Source: Chiloscyllium plagiosum
Lineage: Eukaryota
DNA: 64,000 nt
Assembly: GCF_004010195.1 (NCBI RefSeq)
Contig: NC_057719.1
Span: 44,625,921-44,689,920, forward strand
Reading direction: 5' to 3'
Shown: piece by piece, positions 22,815-34,999 of the stretch
Position numbering within the stretch: the stretch's first letter is position 1
Layout: each line of letters starts with the position of its first letter
Translations under genes and position numbers: made by a program
Notes under the pieces: generated by a model
Seen by the model: the letters and a program-made list of their open reading frames with translations, nothing else
Told to the model about the DNA's origin: nothing
The model's database searches: none

Positions 22815-25800
22815 TAGTCAGGCAGAGGGTAATTGATACCCTGTATTGACAACAGGAACTGGGAGGAGTGACAGCGAGGACCCGGCGCCTGCCAGGAAGG
22901 TAAATTTAAATTATATAAACTTACCTCGTGTACAGACAGAGCACACGCTGAGCAGGAGTGAACATGAAACTGTTGAGTAAGTGAGGTAATATATTTGGGT
23001 GGTTGCTTTACCCAAAACACTAGAGTCATAGAGATGTACAGCATGGAAACAGACCGTTCAGTCCAACCTGTCCATGCCGACAAGATATCCCAACCTAATC
23101 TAGTCCCACCTGCCAGCACCCGGCCCATATCCCTCCAAACCCTTCCTATTCATATACCCATCTAAATGCCTTTTAAATGTTGCAATTGTACCAGCCTCCA
23201 CCACTTCCTCTAGCAGCTCATTCTATACCTGTGCCACCCTCTGTGTGAAAAAGTTGCCCCTTAGGTCTCTTTTATGTCTTTCCCCTCTCAACTTAAACCT
23301 ACGCTACTTGGATAGTGTCTCCTATCTGTCCTCCTCCTCTAACCAAATCAAAAGGTTTTGTGCGCCAGATTGGTAAAGTAATTAGTTCTTAAATTTTATT
23401 TAATGGTCTCTTTGGAAATTTAGAATAGTGTGAATGGAGGTTAGAGCAGTTGAATGTTCCTCCTGCAGAATGTGAGAGGTAAGGGTCACCACTACTGCCC
23501 CTGTTGACTTCCTCTGCAGGAAGTGCACCCAACTGCAGCTCCTCGGAAACCGTGTTAGGGAACTGGAGCTGGATGAACTTTGGATCATTCGGGAGGTGGA
23601 CGGGATTATTGAGAAGAGTTACAGGGAGGTAGTCACACCTCAGGTACAAGGAAAAGGTAGATGGGTTCTTGTCAGGGGATGGAAAGGAAACCGGCAGACA
23701 GTGCAGGGATCCCCTGTGGCCATTTCCCTCAGTAACAAGTATACCGTTTTGGATACCATTGGGGGGACCACTTACCAGAGGTAAGCCATGGGGTACAGCT
23801 CTCTGGCAGTGTCTGTCCCTGTTGCTCAGAAGGGAAGGTGGAGTGGAGCAGAGCATTAGTCATTGGGGACTCCGTAGTTAGGGGGACAGACAGGAGGTTC
23901 TGTGGGAACGAGAGAGACTCATGGTTGGGTGTATTACCTCCCAGGTGCCAGGGCTCATGATGTCTTGGGTGATCCTTAAGGGGAGGGGGAGCAACCCCAC
24001 GTCATGGTCCACATAGGCAATAATGACATAGGTAGGAAAAGGGATGGGGATTTAAGGCAGAAATTCGGGAAGCTAGCGTGAAAGCTTAGTGCTAGAACAG
24101 AGTTATTATATCTGGTTTGCTGCCCATGCCATGTGCTAGTGAGGTGAGGAATGGGGAGAGAGAGAAGAGTTGAATATGTGGCTACAGGGATGGTGCAGGA
24201 GGGAGGTATTCAGATACCTGGATAATTGGGCCTCATTCTGGGGTAGGTGGGATCTCTACAAACACCTGAACCAGAGGGGTACCAATATCCTGGGGTGGTC
24301 GGGGGTGTTGGAATTTACTAATGCTCTTCACGAGAGTTTAAACTAATTCATCAGGGGGATGGGAAACTAAATTGAAGTTCTAGCATCCAGGTGGTTGAGA
24401 GTAGTGAGGTCAGAAATAAGGTTTCAAGGTCGCAAGAGTACACCCACAGCCATGAAGATGGTTTGAAATGTGTCTACTTCAATGCCTGGAACATCCAGAA
24501 TAAAGTGCTCGCAGCATGGGTTGGCACCTGGGACTTGGATGTTATGGCCATTTCAGAGACATGGATAGAGCAGGAACAGGGTTGTTATAGGTTCCAGGGT
24601 TTAGATATTTAAGTAAGAATAGGGAAGGTGATAAAAGAGAGAGGTATGTGGCATTGTTAGTCAAGGACAGTATTACAGTGGCAGAAAGGACATTTGACGA
24701 CTCGTCTACTGAGGTAGTATGGGCTGAGGTTAGAACCAGGAAAGGAGATGTCACCCTGTTGGGAGTTTTCTATAGGTCTCCAAGTAGTTCCAGAGGAAAG
24801 GGTAGCAAAGATGATTCTGGATAGGAGCGAGAGTAGTTGTTATGGGGGACTTCAACTTTCCAAATATTGACTGAAAATGCTATAATGTGAGGACTTTAGA
24901 TGGGTCAGTTTTTGTCCAATGTGTGCAGGAGTGACGCAGTATGTAGACAGGCCAACAAGGGGTGAGGCCACATTTCATTTGGTTCTGGGTAATGAACCCA
25001 GGCCAGGTATTAGATTTACAGGTAAGCGAGCACGTTGGTGATAGTGACCACAATTCGGTTATGTTTACTTTAGTGATGGAAAGGGATAGGTATATACTGC
25101 AGGGCAAGTGTTATAGCTGTGGGAAAGGCAATTATGATGCAATTATGCAAGATTTAGAATGAGCTGGATGGGGAAGGAAACTGCAGGAGGTGGGCACAAC
25201 TGAAATGTGGAGCTTATTCAAGGAACAGCTACTGCGTGTCCTTGATAAGTATGTTTCTGTCAGGCAGGGAGGAAGTGGTCAAGCGAGGGAGCCATGGTTT
25301 ACTACAAAAGTTGAATCTCTTGTCAAAAGGAAGAAGGAGGCTTATGTAAGGATGAGATGTGAAGGCTCAGTTAGGGTGCTTGAGAGTTATGAGTTAGCCA
25401 GGAAAGACCTAAAGAGAGAGCTAAGAAGAACCAGGAGGAGACACGAGAAGTCGCTGGCAGGTGGGATCAAGGAAAACCCTAAAGCTTTCTATAGGCATAT
25501 CAGGAATAAAAGAATGACTAGATTAAGATTAGGGCCAATCAAGGACAGTTGTGGGAAATTGTGCGTGGTGTATGAGGAGATAAGAGAGGCACTAAATGGA
25601 ACTTTTTGTCAGTATTCACACTGGAAAAAGACAATGCTGTTGAGGAGAATACTGAGATACAGGCTACAGGATTGAGGTTCACAAGGAGGAGATGTTAGCA
25701 ATTCTGGGAAGTGTGAAAATAGCTAAGTCCCCTGGGCTGGCTGGGATTTATCATAGGATTCTCTGGGAAGGCAGGGAGGCAATTGCAGAGCCTTTGGCTT

Positions 25801-27262
25801 TGGTCTTTATGTCGTTATTTTCTATAGGAGTAGTGCCAGAAGACTGAAGGATAGCAAATGTTGTCCCCTTGTTCAAGAAAAGGAGTAGAGACAACCTGGT
25901 AATTATAGACCAGTGAACCTTACTTCGGTTGGGGGTAAAGCATTGAAAAGAGTTATAAGATTGAGGATTTATAATCAACCAGAAAGGAATAATTTGATTA
26001 GAGATAGTCAACATGATTTTGTGAAGGATACGTCGTGCTTCACAAGCCTTGTTGAGTTCTTTGAGAAGGTGACCAAACAAGTCAATGAGGGTAAAGTGGT
26101 TGATATGGTGTATTTGGATTTCAGTAAGGCATTTGATAAGGGCCCCCACAGTAGGCTATTGCACAAAATACAGGGGCATGGGATTGTGGGTGATTTGGCG
26201 GTTTGGATAAGAAATTGGCTAGCTGAAAGAACACAGAGGGTGGTGCTTCATCCTGGAGTTCAGTAACTACTGCAAGGATCTGTATTGGGGCCACTGCTAT
26301 TTGTCATTTTTTTTAATGACCTGGATAAGAGTGTAGAAGGATGAGTTAGTAAATTTGCAGATTACACTGAGGTCAGTGGAGTTGTGGATAGTGCTGAAGG
26401 ATGTTGAAGTTTATAGGGGATATAGTTAAGTTGCAGAGCTAGGATAAGAGGTGGCAAATGAAGTTTAATACAGAAACGTGTGATGTGATTCACTTTGGTT
26501 GGAGCAACAGGAATAAAGAGTACTGGGCTAATGGTAAGATTCTTCATAGTGGATGAGCAGAGAGATCTTGGTGTCCATGCACATAGATCCTGAAAGTTGC
26601 CACCCAGGTTGATAGGGTTATTCTGAAGGCATAAGGTATGCTAGCTTTTATTGGCAGAGGGATTGAGTTTCAGAGCCATGAGGTTATGTTGCAGCTGTAC
26701 AAAACTCTGGTGTGGCCGCACTTGGAGTATTGCATACAGTTCTGGTCACCAAATTATAGGAAAGATGTGGAAGCTTTGAAAAGGGTGCAAAGGAGATTTA
26801 CTAGGATGTTGTCTGGTATGGAGGAAAGGTCTTATGAGGAGAAGCTGAGGGATTTGAGACTGTTTTCATTAGAGAGAAGAAGGTTGAGAGGTGACTTAAT
26901 TTGACATATAAAATGAGCAGAGGATTAGATAGGGTGGACAGCCAGAGCCTTTTTCCTTGGATGGTGATGGCTAGCACGAGGGGACATAGCTTTAAATTGA
27001 GGGGTGATTGAGGGGTGATAGATATAGGACAGATGTCAGAGGTAGTTTCTTTACTCAGAGAGTAGTTGGGGCACCGAACACCCTCCCTGCAACAGTAGTA
27101 GACTCACCAAATTTAAGGGCATTTAAATGGTCATTGGATAAACATATAGATGAGAATGGAATAGTGTAGGTTAGGTGGGCTTCAGAATGGTTCCACAGGA
27201 CGGCGCAATATCGAGGGCTGAAGAGCCTATAATGTGCTGTAATGTTCTATGTTCGATGTTCA
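22815..27262 (+). mobile_element. Near full-length decayed CR1 LINE (5' UTR, ORF1 zinc finger/SGNH esterase, ORF2 APE-RT, tail)
   Basis: ORF1 from ATG 23434: CSSC...CRKC, LVIGDSVVRGTDRRFCG, VHIGNND. ORF2: CVYFNA, ISETW, GDFNFP, SDHN, YLDFSKAFDK, LEYCIQFW. (TTCTATG)-like tail. Many stops and frameshifts. Confidence 0.93.
23023..23300 (-). mobile_element. CR1 3' fragment inserted antisense in the CR1 5' UTR
   Basis: Matches 13341-13620; flanked by acacta / acgcta. Confidence 0.88.
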
Positions 27263-27289
27263 ACGTCCTGTGAGCTGGGGTGCATGCAA

Positions 27290-27515
27290 TTGTCTATGGA
27301 GTGTCCTCTGAAATATTCGTGACTGATTTGGTGTTGCCAGGTTATCACTTTAACTTTCATGTCAGAATTTGTCAATGTTTGGTTTCTATCTGTTCAGTGA
27401 GAGGATTGGAAACTGCAAGTCAATAAGATGAGGTAATGTAATATTGGGGATGTTAATACATACTAATTGGCCTCTCACTCCTCACTAGCAGGAATCTTGT
27501 TGGAAAATAGCCCCC
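27290..27515. mobile_element. Old dispersed repeat, copy 3 of 3
   Basis: Alignment to 1560-1890 and 8150-8540; ends ggaaaatagccc. Confidence 0.45.
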
Positions 27516-28041
27516 TTCTCACCCTAATATAATTCTATCAACTTTCTTGCAAACCCCAATGTCAGTCAGCATCTGGGAAGCTTCTGCCAACTATCTTCTT
27601 CTCGGTTGAATTTTTTGTTAGGTGAAAATGCCTCTGGGCAGAAGAAAATGATTTTCCATTTTCCAAGTGTGAAACCAAGTTAAGTGCTAGTACTGCATTA
27701 TGTGGACCAGACAGATTGTTAGAGGGCATTGTTAATGATTGATTAACAACTCTGGCACGGTCTTGGAAGCTGCAATATTTAACCTTTCATTAAGAGGCTG
27801 CTGATTCTGATTCAGATAGTACTGCAAGCATAGCCTTAAAGACTAGTTTGACCTGAGATGGAATCTATGCTGGAAGTCTAGACAGTTTCAGCTGGCTAAA
27901 CTTCAATAACACACCTTTGAGTAATCAGAAATTTAAAAATACTTAGAATTTAGGGATTCTAATCTCTTTAAATTCAGGTAGGCTTTTGTCCCAAAGAGGG
28001 AGAGCAGTATCTGTTGGAGCAAATAAAAATACATCTTTCCG

Positions 28042-28156
28042 AGATATTTTACCTAACCTGTCCAGAGATGTTATTGTTTGTCCCTGGAGCTTGTATGACT
28101 CAAATCTGGGTCTCCTGCCTCAGAGGTCAGGACATTACCACTGTCCCACTAGAGCC
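28042..28156 (-). mobile_element. Short tRNA-derived SINE-like unit (inverted partner of 28243-28355)
   Basis: Reverse complement: ggctctagtgggacagtggtaatgtcctgacctctgag...aataacatctctggacaggtt. Confidence 0.6.
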
Positions 28157-28242
28157 ATAAGGAAGGCACATGTGAAGGGCAGCAACAGATTTAACAACTT
28201 GAAGGCTTCTGGGGATGGGGGGAATGGGGGGGGGAAGGAGGT

Positions 28243-28355
28243 GCCCTTGTGGTGCAGTGGTAGTATTGCTACCTCTGAGCCAAGTGGCATGGTTTCAAGT
28301 CCAATCTGATCCAGAGGTGTGTAATAACATCTCTGAACAGGTTGATTACACAATA
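28243..28355 (+). mobile_element. Short tRNA-derived SINE-like unit
   Basis: A-box tggtgcagtggtag, B-box-like gtttcaagtcc, then aataacatctctgaacaggtt. Confidence 0.65.
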
Positions 28356-29159
28356 GATACAATTTTAAAAAAAGACTTGAATATTTCCTTGTGTTTTCTG
28401 TGGCCTAGAGGAGTCCATGTTTGATGTGTACACTGGATATGTGTACATTGCATCTAAAGATTTGCTTGCACTTCAGCCCCATGCTCCTGATCTTTGGACA
28501 TCTGTTGCAGACGAGGAGAGACTCATCCTGACCTCACCAAGATGGATATTAATGGCTCGGGCAGCAGGTTGTCATGGGGGTTGTTAGACCTGATTGTCTG
28601 CCTCTCTTCTGGGATGAAAGCCACAGCCAAGTGACCTTGTTTGGCGAGTATATGGTGCCCACTCTCACCTGAGGTTTTCCATGGGGACTGGAGTGCAACG
28701 TTCCATTCAGAATAACATTTTAATTTAAGTTTAATTTTGCTTTGAATATTCAATTTCCATCACAATATGCCTTTAATGGATGTTTTCCTTCTAATGTCAT
28801 TTCATTTTATTTAGTTGCATTAATTTAATTACTTTAACAAATGAGCACAAGAAAGACTTCTAACACACTGGATGTTGGTTTGGGAGGAAGCAGATATATA
28901 TATAATGTTGCATTCTGTAATTGAATCTTGCATTAAATAAAGGATTAGAATCTGGTTTACTATTTCACGATTAGGTTTTCTAATTAATTGACATAGTTTT
29001 CAGTAGTTTGATGTGAAGATGTGATGGAGTTTTGATTGGCTCGCTGGTTAGAGAAGGAGGGAATGCTTAAGATGAAAATATTCCATTTGTACAGTCTCAA
29101 GATTTGAAAAATATGATACATGCTGAATCTCATATAACCTTTGATCATTTTTATTCATT

Positions 29160-29394
29160 TGTATTGTTCTTTGTTCTTTCCAGAGGAGGTGGTGGAAGCA
29201 AACACAATAGCAGCATTCAAGAAACACCTGGACAAATACACATATAGGAAGAGAATAGAGGCATCTGGATCCTGTAAGGAAAGACAGTTTTAGTAATAGA
29301 ATGGCAAAACATGGCAGTGCAGGCTTGGAGGGCCGGAGGGCCTGTTCCTGTGCTGTATTGTTCTTTGTTCTTTGTTCTTGTTCTTTGTTCTTTG
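29160..29394 (+). mobile_element. CR1 3' fragment with (TTCTTTG)n tail
   Basis: PEEVVEANTIAAFKKHLDKY then tail repeats; ttcatt on both flanks. Confidence 0.85.
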
Positions 29395-29456
29395 TTCATT
29401 CCCCTGTCAAATTACTGATCTAAATGTCCTGGTATTGTTTCAGTGACTGGACTATT

Positions 29457-29556
29457 CTGGAGAAGAGTCATACTGGACAAGAAATGTCAACTCTGTTTCT
29501 TTCGCCACACATGCTTACAGGCCTGCTGAGTTTCTTCAGAATTCTGTGTGTTTGTT
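29457..29556 (+). mobile_element. Older Penelope-derived short repeat (decayed hammerhead region)
   Basis: ctggagaagagtcatactggacaagaaatgtcaactctgtttct...cctgctgagtttc. Relatives at 42893-42992, 50467-50640 and 55051-55183. Confidence 0.6.
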
Positions 29557-29594
29557 ATAGGGAAGGCCTACTCCCTGAGCCTTGTTTAATTCAG

Positions 29595-29814
29595 AGCTGG
29601 AAATGTGTTGCTGGAAAAGCGCAGCAGGTCAGGCAGCATCTAGGGAACAGGAGAATCGACGTTTCAGGCATTAGCCCTTCTTCAGGAACCTGAAGAAGGG
29701 CTAATGCCCGAAACGTTGAATCTCCTGTTCCCTAGATGCTGCCTGACCTGCTGCGCTTTTCCAGCAACACATTTCCAACTCTGATCTCCAGCATCTGCAG
29801 ACCTCACTTTCTCC
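29595..29814. mobile_element. Fold-back Penelope-derived element with hammerhead motifs
   Basis: About 95-bp inverted arms around aa (29687-29688); perfect 15-bp TSD ccttgtttaattcag at 29580-29594 and 29815-29829. Confidence 0.9.
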
Positions 29815-30374
29815 CCTTGTTTAATTCAGGTTGTTGAATTGATCTGGTGGCATGTCTGAATACAACATATAATAAATCATACAAATATGAAAATCTGTTT
29901 ATATTTTAAAGTACTTTGTAAATATGTTACTAGTTTCTAGGCTAACAAGGTCATTACTGATCTGAGCCGTGACACCTTATGGACCTTTGCTTGGAAGTAG
30001 TAGATGCATAGGTTGAGGGTCTTGAGGTGGCTAATGTTGGAGCACAGGTCATTCTGCTGTATCAGGATGACAGGTTTGGACACACACAATCTGCCGCTCA
30101 GCAACAGATGCACCGTTGTTAGGTTCATTGCAGGGAATGGGTTTGATGAGGAATGTCAAGAGTTTCTGAACTGCAGAGAACATCATGTGAAGCCGTTTCT
30201 GGTCACTGTGATTTCATTCAAACTCTCCACAATTTCTAGTGATGGAAAACACATTGAACTCCCATGGCAGGAGATCATGGCCCAGAAGTAAAGAGAAAGC
30301 TTCAGAAAGTTAGGGAACAAGAGGATTTCGGGAATCCTTGACAATGAATGTCAAAAAGCTGGAACCCTAGTTCA

Positions 30375-31025
30375 GTGACTAATAGGGAAGGCAAATGGAA
30401 TGTTGGCTTTTATTTCAAAGGGAATTGCGTGTAAATGTAGAGAGGTTTTGTTCAAACTATACAAGGCACCAGCAGAACAATGGAATAATGTGAACAGTTT
30501 TCGACTCTTTATGTAAGGAAAGAAACAGCGACGTTGGAGGCAGTTCAGAGATAGTTCACTCGGCTGAGGGTGTGGAGGGACTGTCTTATACAGGTTGGAC
30601 CCATACTTGCTGGAATATAGAAGAGTGAGAGGCAACCTTATTGAAAAACGCAAGATTCTTAGGGGACTTGACAAGGTAAATATAGAAAGGTTGTTTTCCC
30701 TAATGGGAGAGTCCAGGCCCAGAGGGCATAATCTTAGAATAAGAGGATGCACATTTAAGGCAGAGATTAGGAAAATTTCATTTCTCAGAGGGTAATGAAT
30801 CTGTGGAACTCTTTACGATGGAGGGCTGTCGAGCCTGGTTCATTAAGTATATTCAAGGTTGAGATAGACAGATTTTTAATCAGTCAAGGATTCAAGGGTT
30901 ATGGGGAAAAGGCAGGAAAGTGGAGTTGAGAATTATCAGATCAACCATGACCTCCTTGAATGTTGAAGCGGATTTGATGGGCTGAATGGCCTGCTTCTAT
31001 TCTTATGTCTTGTGGCCTTACGGTG
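30375..31025 (+). mobile_element. Older CR1 3' fragment
   Basis: KANGMLAFISKG, RVRGNLIE...LRGLDKV, then tail gatgggctgaatggcct. Confidence 0.8.
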
Positions 31026-32432
31026 AAAGCCTGAGAAAACAACAAGTTGAACATAGTCAGGGCCTTGGTGCTGGTGAGGGGCACAAGTTCAGAGAAGAGG
31101 GAACTTGCTGACAGTTTCTATGACTCCATAGCTTGAGAACCATTGATTTAGATCTTCTGTTTGAAGATTATTGCAGTTTATACATTTCTCCAAAATATTT
31201 AAACCATTTATAAAGAAGTAAAATCAAATTTCTTCTGCAATCATATCTACAAATATTACTTTCTTAAAATTTGAATCAGGAATATTACTTTCCATTTAAA
31301 GTTTTGTAAAGCATTTTTTAAAAATTTGTTATAATATTTGAGTGAGATTAAAGCTTTGGTACAGACTACATCGAATCAATGTGAATCACTGTGAAAAATT
31401 ACAATGTTGTTGAGTAACAAGCAAGTATTAGTTTAGTAAGCAAGGAACCAAAAGTATATGTTTTTATCTTTTAAATATATGTTACACAATGACTTTAAAA
31501 GAAAATAATACATTACTATATTTTTCTTCCAGAATGCCAATTGCATGACATTATTATAACCAGCATTGTCTGGTATGAATGTTAATAAAAGATATTTTTT
31601 AAATTTTTGCAAATCAGATTCTCTCCTAATGCATATTATACAGAGTAGTTCATTGAATTTAATTTTCTTTACTAACTGCCCTTGATATTTCATATTTATT
31701 TCCTTAGTTTTCTCTATTATTCTTGTAGCATGTAATGTTAAAAAGATAGAGACATGTTATAGTTATTATTTATCAGTGAAATAAACTCAAGCTTTGCATC
31801 TTAACTATCTGCATCTGGATCTAACCTGACAATCTCAAGTTTTACACCAATCCCTTTCAACTATTAAATCATTATGCTCCACATTTATTACCCCAGTAAG
31901 TGGGACCACTAAGCACCTTTACAGCTGCTCTGACTTCCTTAAGTTACCCTTTCAATCTATGTTTTGAATGTATTGAAATCTTCTGTGACTGAATGAGTAA
32001 TTGTTTCAGGAAATTGGCTCAGGCATAATGAGCCATCTGTTCTGTAAGATTCAATGATTCAGTCTTAATGTTGGCAGTACTGAGCCATCCTCTTTAGCTT
32101 TGCTATCATCAACAAATAAATATGGTTCTGTCCTTGACTCCATCAACCTCTTGGGCCTAATTCTCAAATTCAATGCATAATTGCTAAACCATGAAGTAAG
32201 CTTCCTTCTCCATTTGACCTACTATCAAGATTATTCCTCTCTGTTTACGAAACAAGGTCCTGAAGATTATAACCTCCATGCTACATCCACATTGGTCATC
32301 TCAACACCATCTTTCTGTCCCTCCTTTCAGTTTCCACGGTCTACAAATAATAAATACCTCAGTATGTCTTCCTTGTAACCATACCCAAAGTTCCACTACA
32401 TTATAGACATCATTATTGCTAAACCTAAGGCT

Positions 32433-32824
32433 CATTTTGTCAGAACTTTTATACTTGTACTCATCAGGACAATTCACAAGAATACAATATAAAGGGGAAT
32501 AACATTTATACTATATAAGAGCATGCTGAGTGGGTTCTGGTAAAGCATTGCCATGAAGAGTACACCAATTAGATTACGACAGTTAACTACCATTGTTTAA
32601 ATTTAAATCTGGCAGTTTGCATCTGATTGGTCTGAACATTTCCCTGAGGAATGAATAAAAAAATACTGTCACTTATTTTGTTCAGTTGCATAGTGTGTAC
32701 GTGTTCTTTCTATCTGCAAAGAAAAACATACGTTTCTCATGCTGTAGAAAATGGTGTTTGCCTTTATATTGTTTTTCTTGCAAATTGACCTGATGTGTAT
32801 AAAGTGAAAAGCTTAGACAAAATG
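32433..32824. mobile_element. Element with about 63-bp terminal inverted arms carrying hammerhead-like motifs
   Basis: 32433-32495 is the reverse complement of 32761-32824 with several mismatches. Arms read ttg(t/a)c-CTGATG(A/T)...(G)AAAagctt-a-gacaa. Confidence 0.6.
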
Positions 32825-32895
32825 TGCACTTTTGCAGTCATACTCAAAATCTTAATGGCTGTATATGCACTTTTTTGTGCAAAACACTGCAATGT

Positions 32896-34096
32896 CTACA
32901 GGAGTAGTGCCAGAAGATTGGAGGCTAGCAAATGTGGTTCCCTTGTTCAAGAAGGGGAGTAGGGATAACCCTAGTAACTATAGGCCGGTGAGTCTCACTT
33001 CTGTTGTGGGCAAAATCTTAGAGAGAATTGTAAGGGATAGGATTTATGAACATCTGGATAGGAATAATGTGATCAAGGATAGTCAGCATGGTTTTGTGAA
33101 GGGCAGGTCGTGCCTCACAAACCTTATTGAATTCTTTGAAAAGGTGACGAAGGAGGTTGATGAGGGGAAAGCGGTAGATGTGGTATATATGGATTTTAGT
33201 AAGGCGTTTGATAAAGTTCCCCATGGTAGACTACTGCAAAAAAATACGGAGGTATGGCATTGAGGATGAGTTGGAGGTTTGGATTAGGAATTGGCTGGAT
33301 GGAAGAAGACAGAGGGTAGTAGTTGATGGCAAAGTTTCTTCATGGAGTGCCGTCACTAGCGGTGTTCCGCAAGGATCTGTTTTGGGACCATTGCTGTTTG
33401 TCATTTTTATAAATGACCTGGAAGAGGGGTTAGAAGGTTGGGTGAGCAAGTTTGCGGATGACACAAAAGTCGGAGGAGTTGTTGACAGTGAGGAAGCATG
33501 TGGCAGGTTACAGCAGGATATAGAGAAGCTGCAGAGCTGGGCAGAAAGGTGGCAAATGGAATTCAATCTATCCCAGTAACCTGGCTTTCTTCATTGCCTT
33601 CCTATAGACTTCAGAACCTAGAAGCCTTCTTATAACAGTAAATGTCTTCCATCACTATAACGTTCCATATCTCTGTTAGTATATACAATACTCTCCTCCC
33701 TGAAACACCCCCTGTCTGTGCCTCTCAGACTGCCTGCCTCTCCCTACATCCATCCCTATTCCTGTCTCCAGAATCTAATCCAGCTCCCTCTATCTCTGTA
33801 AATTCCTCCAATCCCCACGTATGGAGTCAGCTATTACAAGGGGGCATAGCTTTAAATTAAGGGGGGTAGGTATAGGACAGATGTTAGGGGTAGGTTCTTT
33901 ACTCAGCGAGTCGTGAGTTCATGGAATGCCCTGCCAGTAGCAGTGGTGGACTCTCCCTCATTATGGGCATTTAAGTGGGCATTGGATAGGCATATGGAGG
34001 ATAGTGGGCTAGTGTAGGTTAGGTGGGCTTGGATCGGCGCAACATCGAGGGCCGAAGGGCCTGTACTGCGCTGTATTCTTCTATGTTCTATGTTCT
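32896..34096 (+). mobile_element. Young 5'-truncated CR1 with a foreign internal segment
   Basis: Well-preserved RT (NYRPVSLTSVVGK, YMDFSKAFDKVPH, GVPQGSVLGP, FADDTK) to 33566. 3' end at 33821-34096 with (TTCTATG)n. aatgt on both flanks. Confidence 0.92.
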
Positions 34097-34999
34097 AATG
34101 TTTTTCTGTAATGTTGTACCCAATCATCACTATCATGGAGTGATTGACATTTAACAAAAGCTCAGTTATGTAATACTCCACATTCTGCTGACCTCTCTCT
34201 AATGTTATCTTTTGTTTAGAATAAAAATAAAAGTGATGGGTATCTAAAATGTAAGGACTAAAAGGTAGAAATGCATTGTAGGTTGATAAAAGCAAAACCC
34301 TACATTCATATTTAAGTTGAAACAAAAAGCTTTATGTTATATATTTTTGTCTGGCTGCAATTCACTATTGCCTTGGCCACAAGATATTCATTTCTCACAA
34401 CTTAGGCCTTTGAATGTGTGAAGTGACCTTGGTCCCAATATATGATGTATACAAAGCAATCTGGAATGATAACCTAGTTAAATATAAAGGCAAATTTGTC
34501 ATTCCTTCTGCATTCATGTTAAGAGGTTAAATGTCAAAGAAACTGAATAAAACACAAACTTATGACATTCCTTATGACAAAGGTATTTGTAAAATTTTTG
34601 CAGTCTAACCACAAATTGGTCCCAAACAAGTAAGCTGCAGTATTGCCTTCAGTGCATTAGATTAGTTAATAAAATGGCAGAAAACCAAAGTGGCTTACCT
34701 CTGACAGCTTTATGATGGCCATTCCTTAGATTGTGTTAAGTGAATCAGGCAGTAAAACTAATGAACCCTTTGTTCCTGCATGTCTTCTTAAACCACAAAA
34801 CTCTGAAGAATTTATTGAAAATCGTTGCTGTGCTTCAAGGTTGCAGATAATCGGTGACTGTCATCATACTTTTACTAATTAACGTCAGTAATGAATTGTG
34901 GTAAAAGTGACAAACATGTATGTTACAAGAATTTTATTTTTGATAAACCTGTTTTTGATGTTTGGAAAGGATGTAATTGGCAACATTATACATTAAGTT

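Noticed and set aside
22815..27262. CR1 ORF1/ORF2 as functional CDS
   Set aside because: Numerous stops and frameshifts; annotated as a dead mobile element.
30004..30291. 95-aa ORF in apparently unique sequence
   Set aside because: No recognisable motif or convincing splice context.
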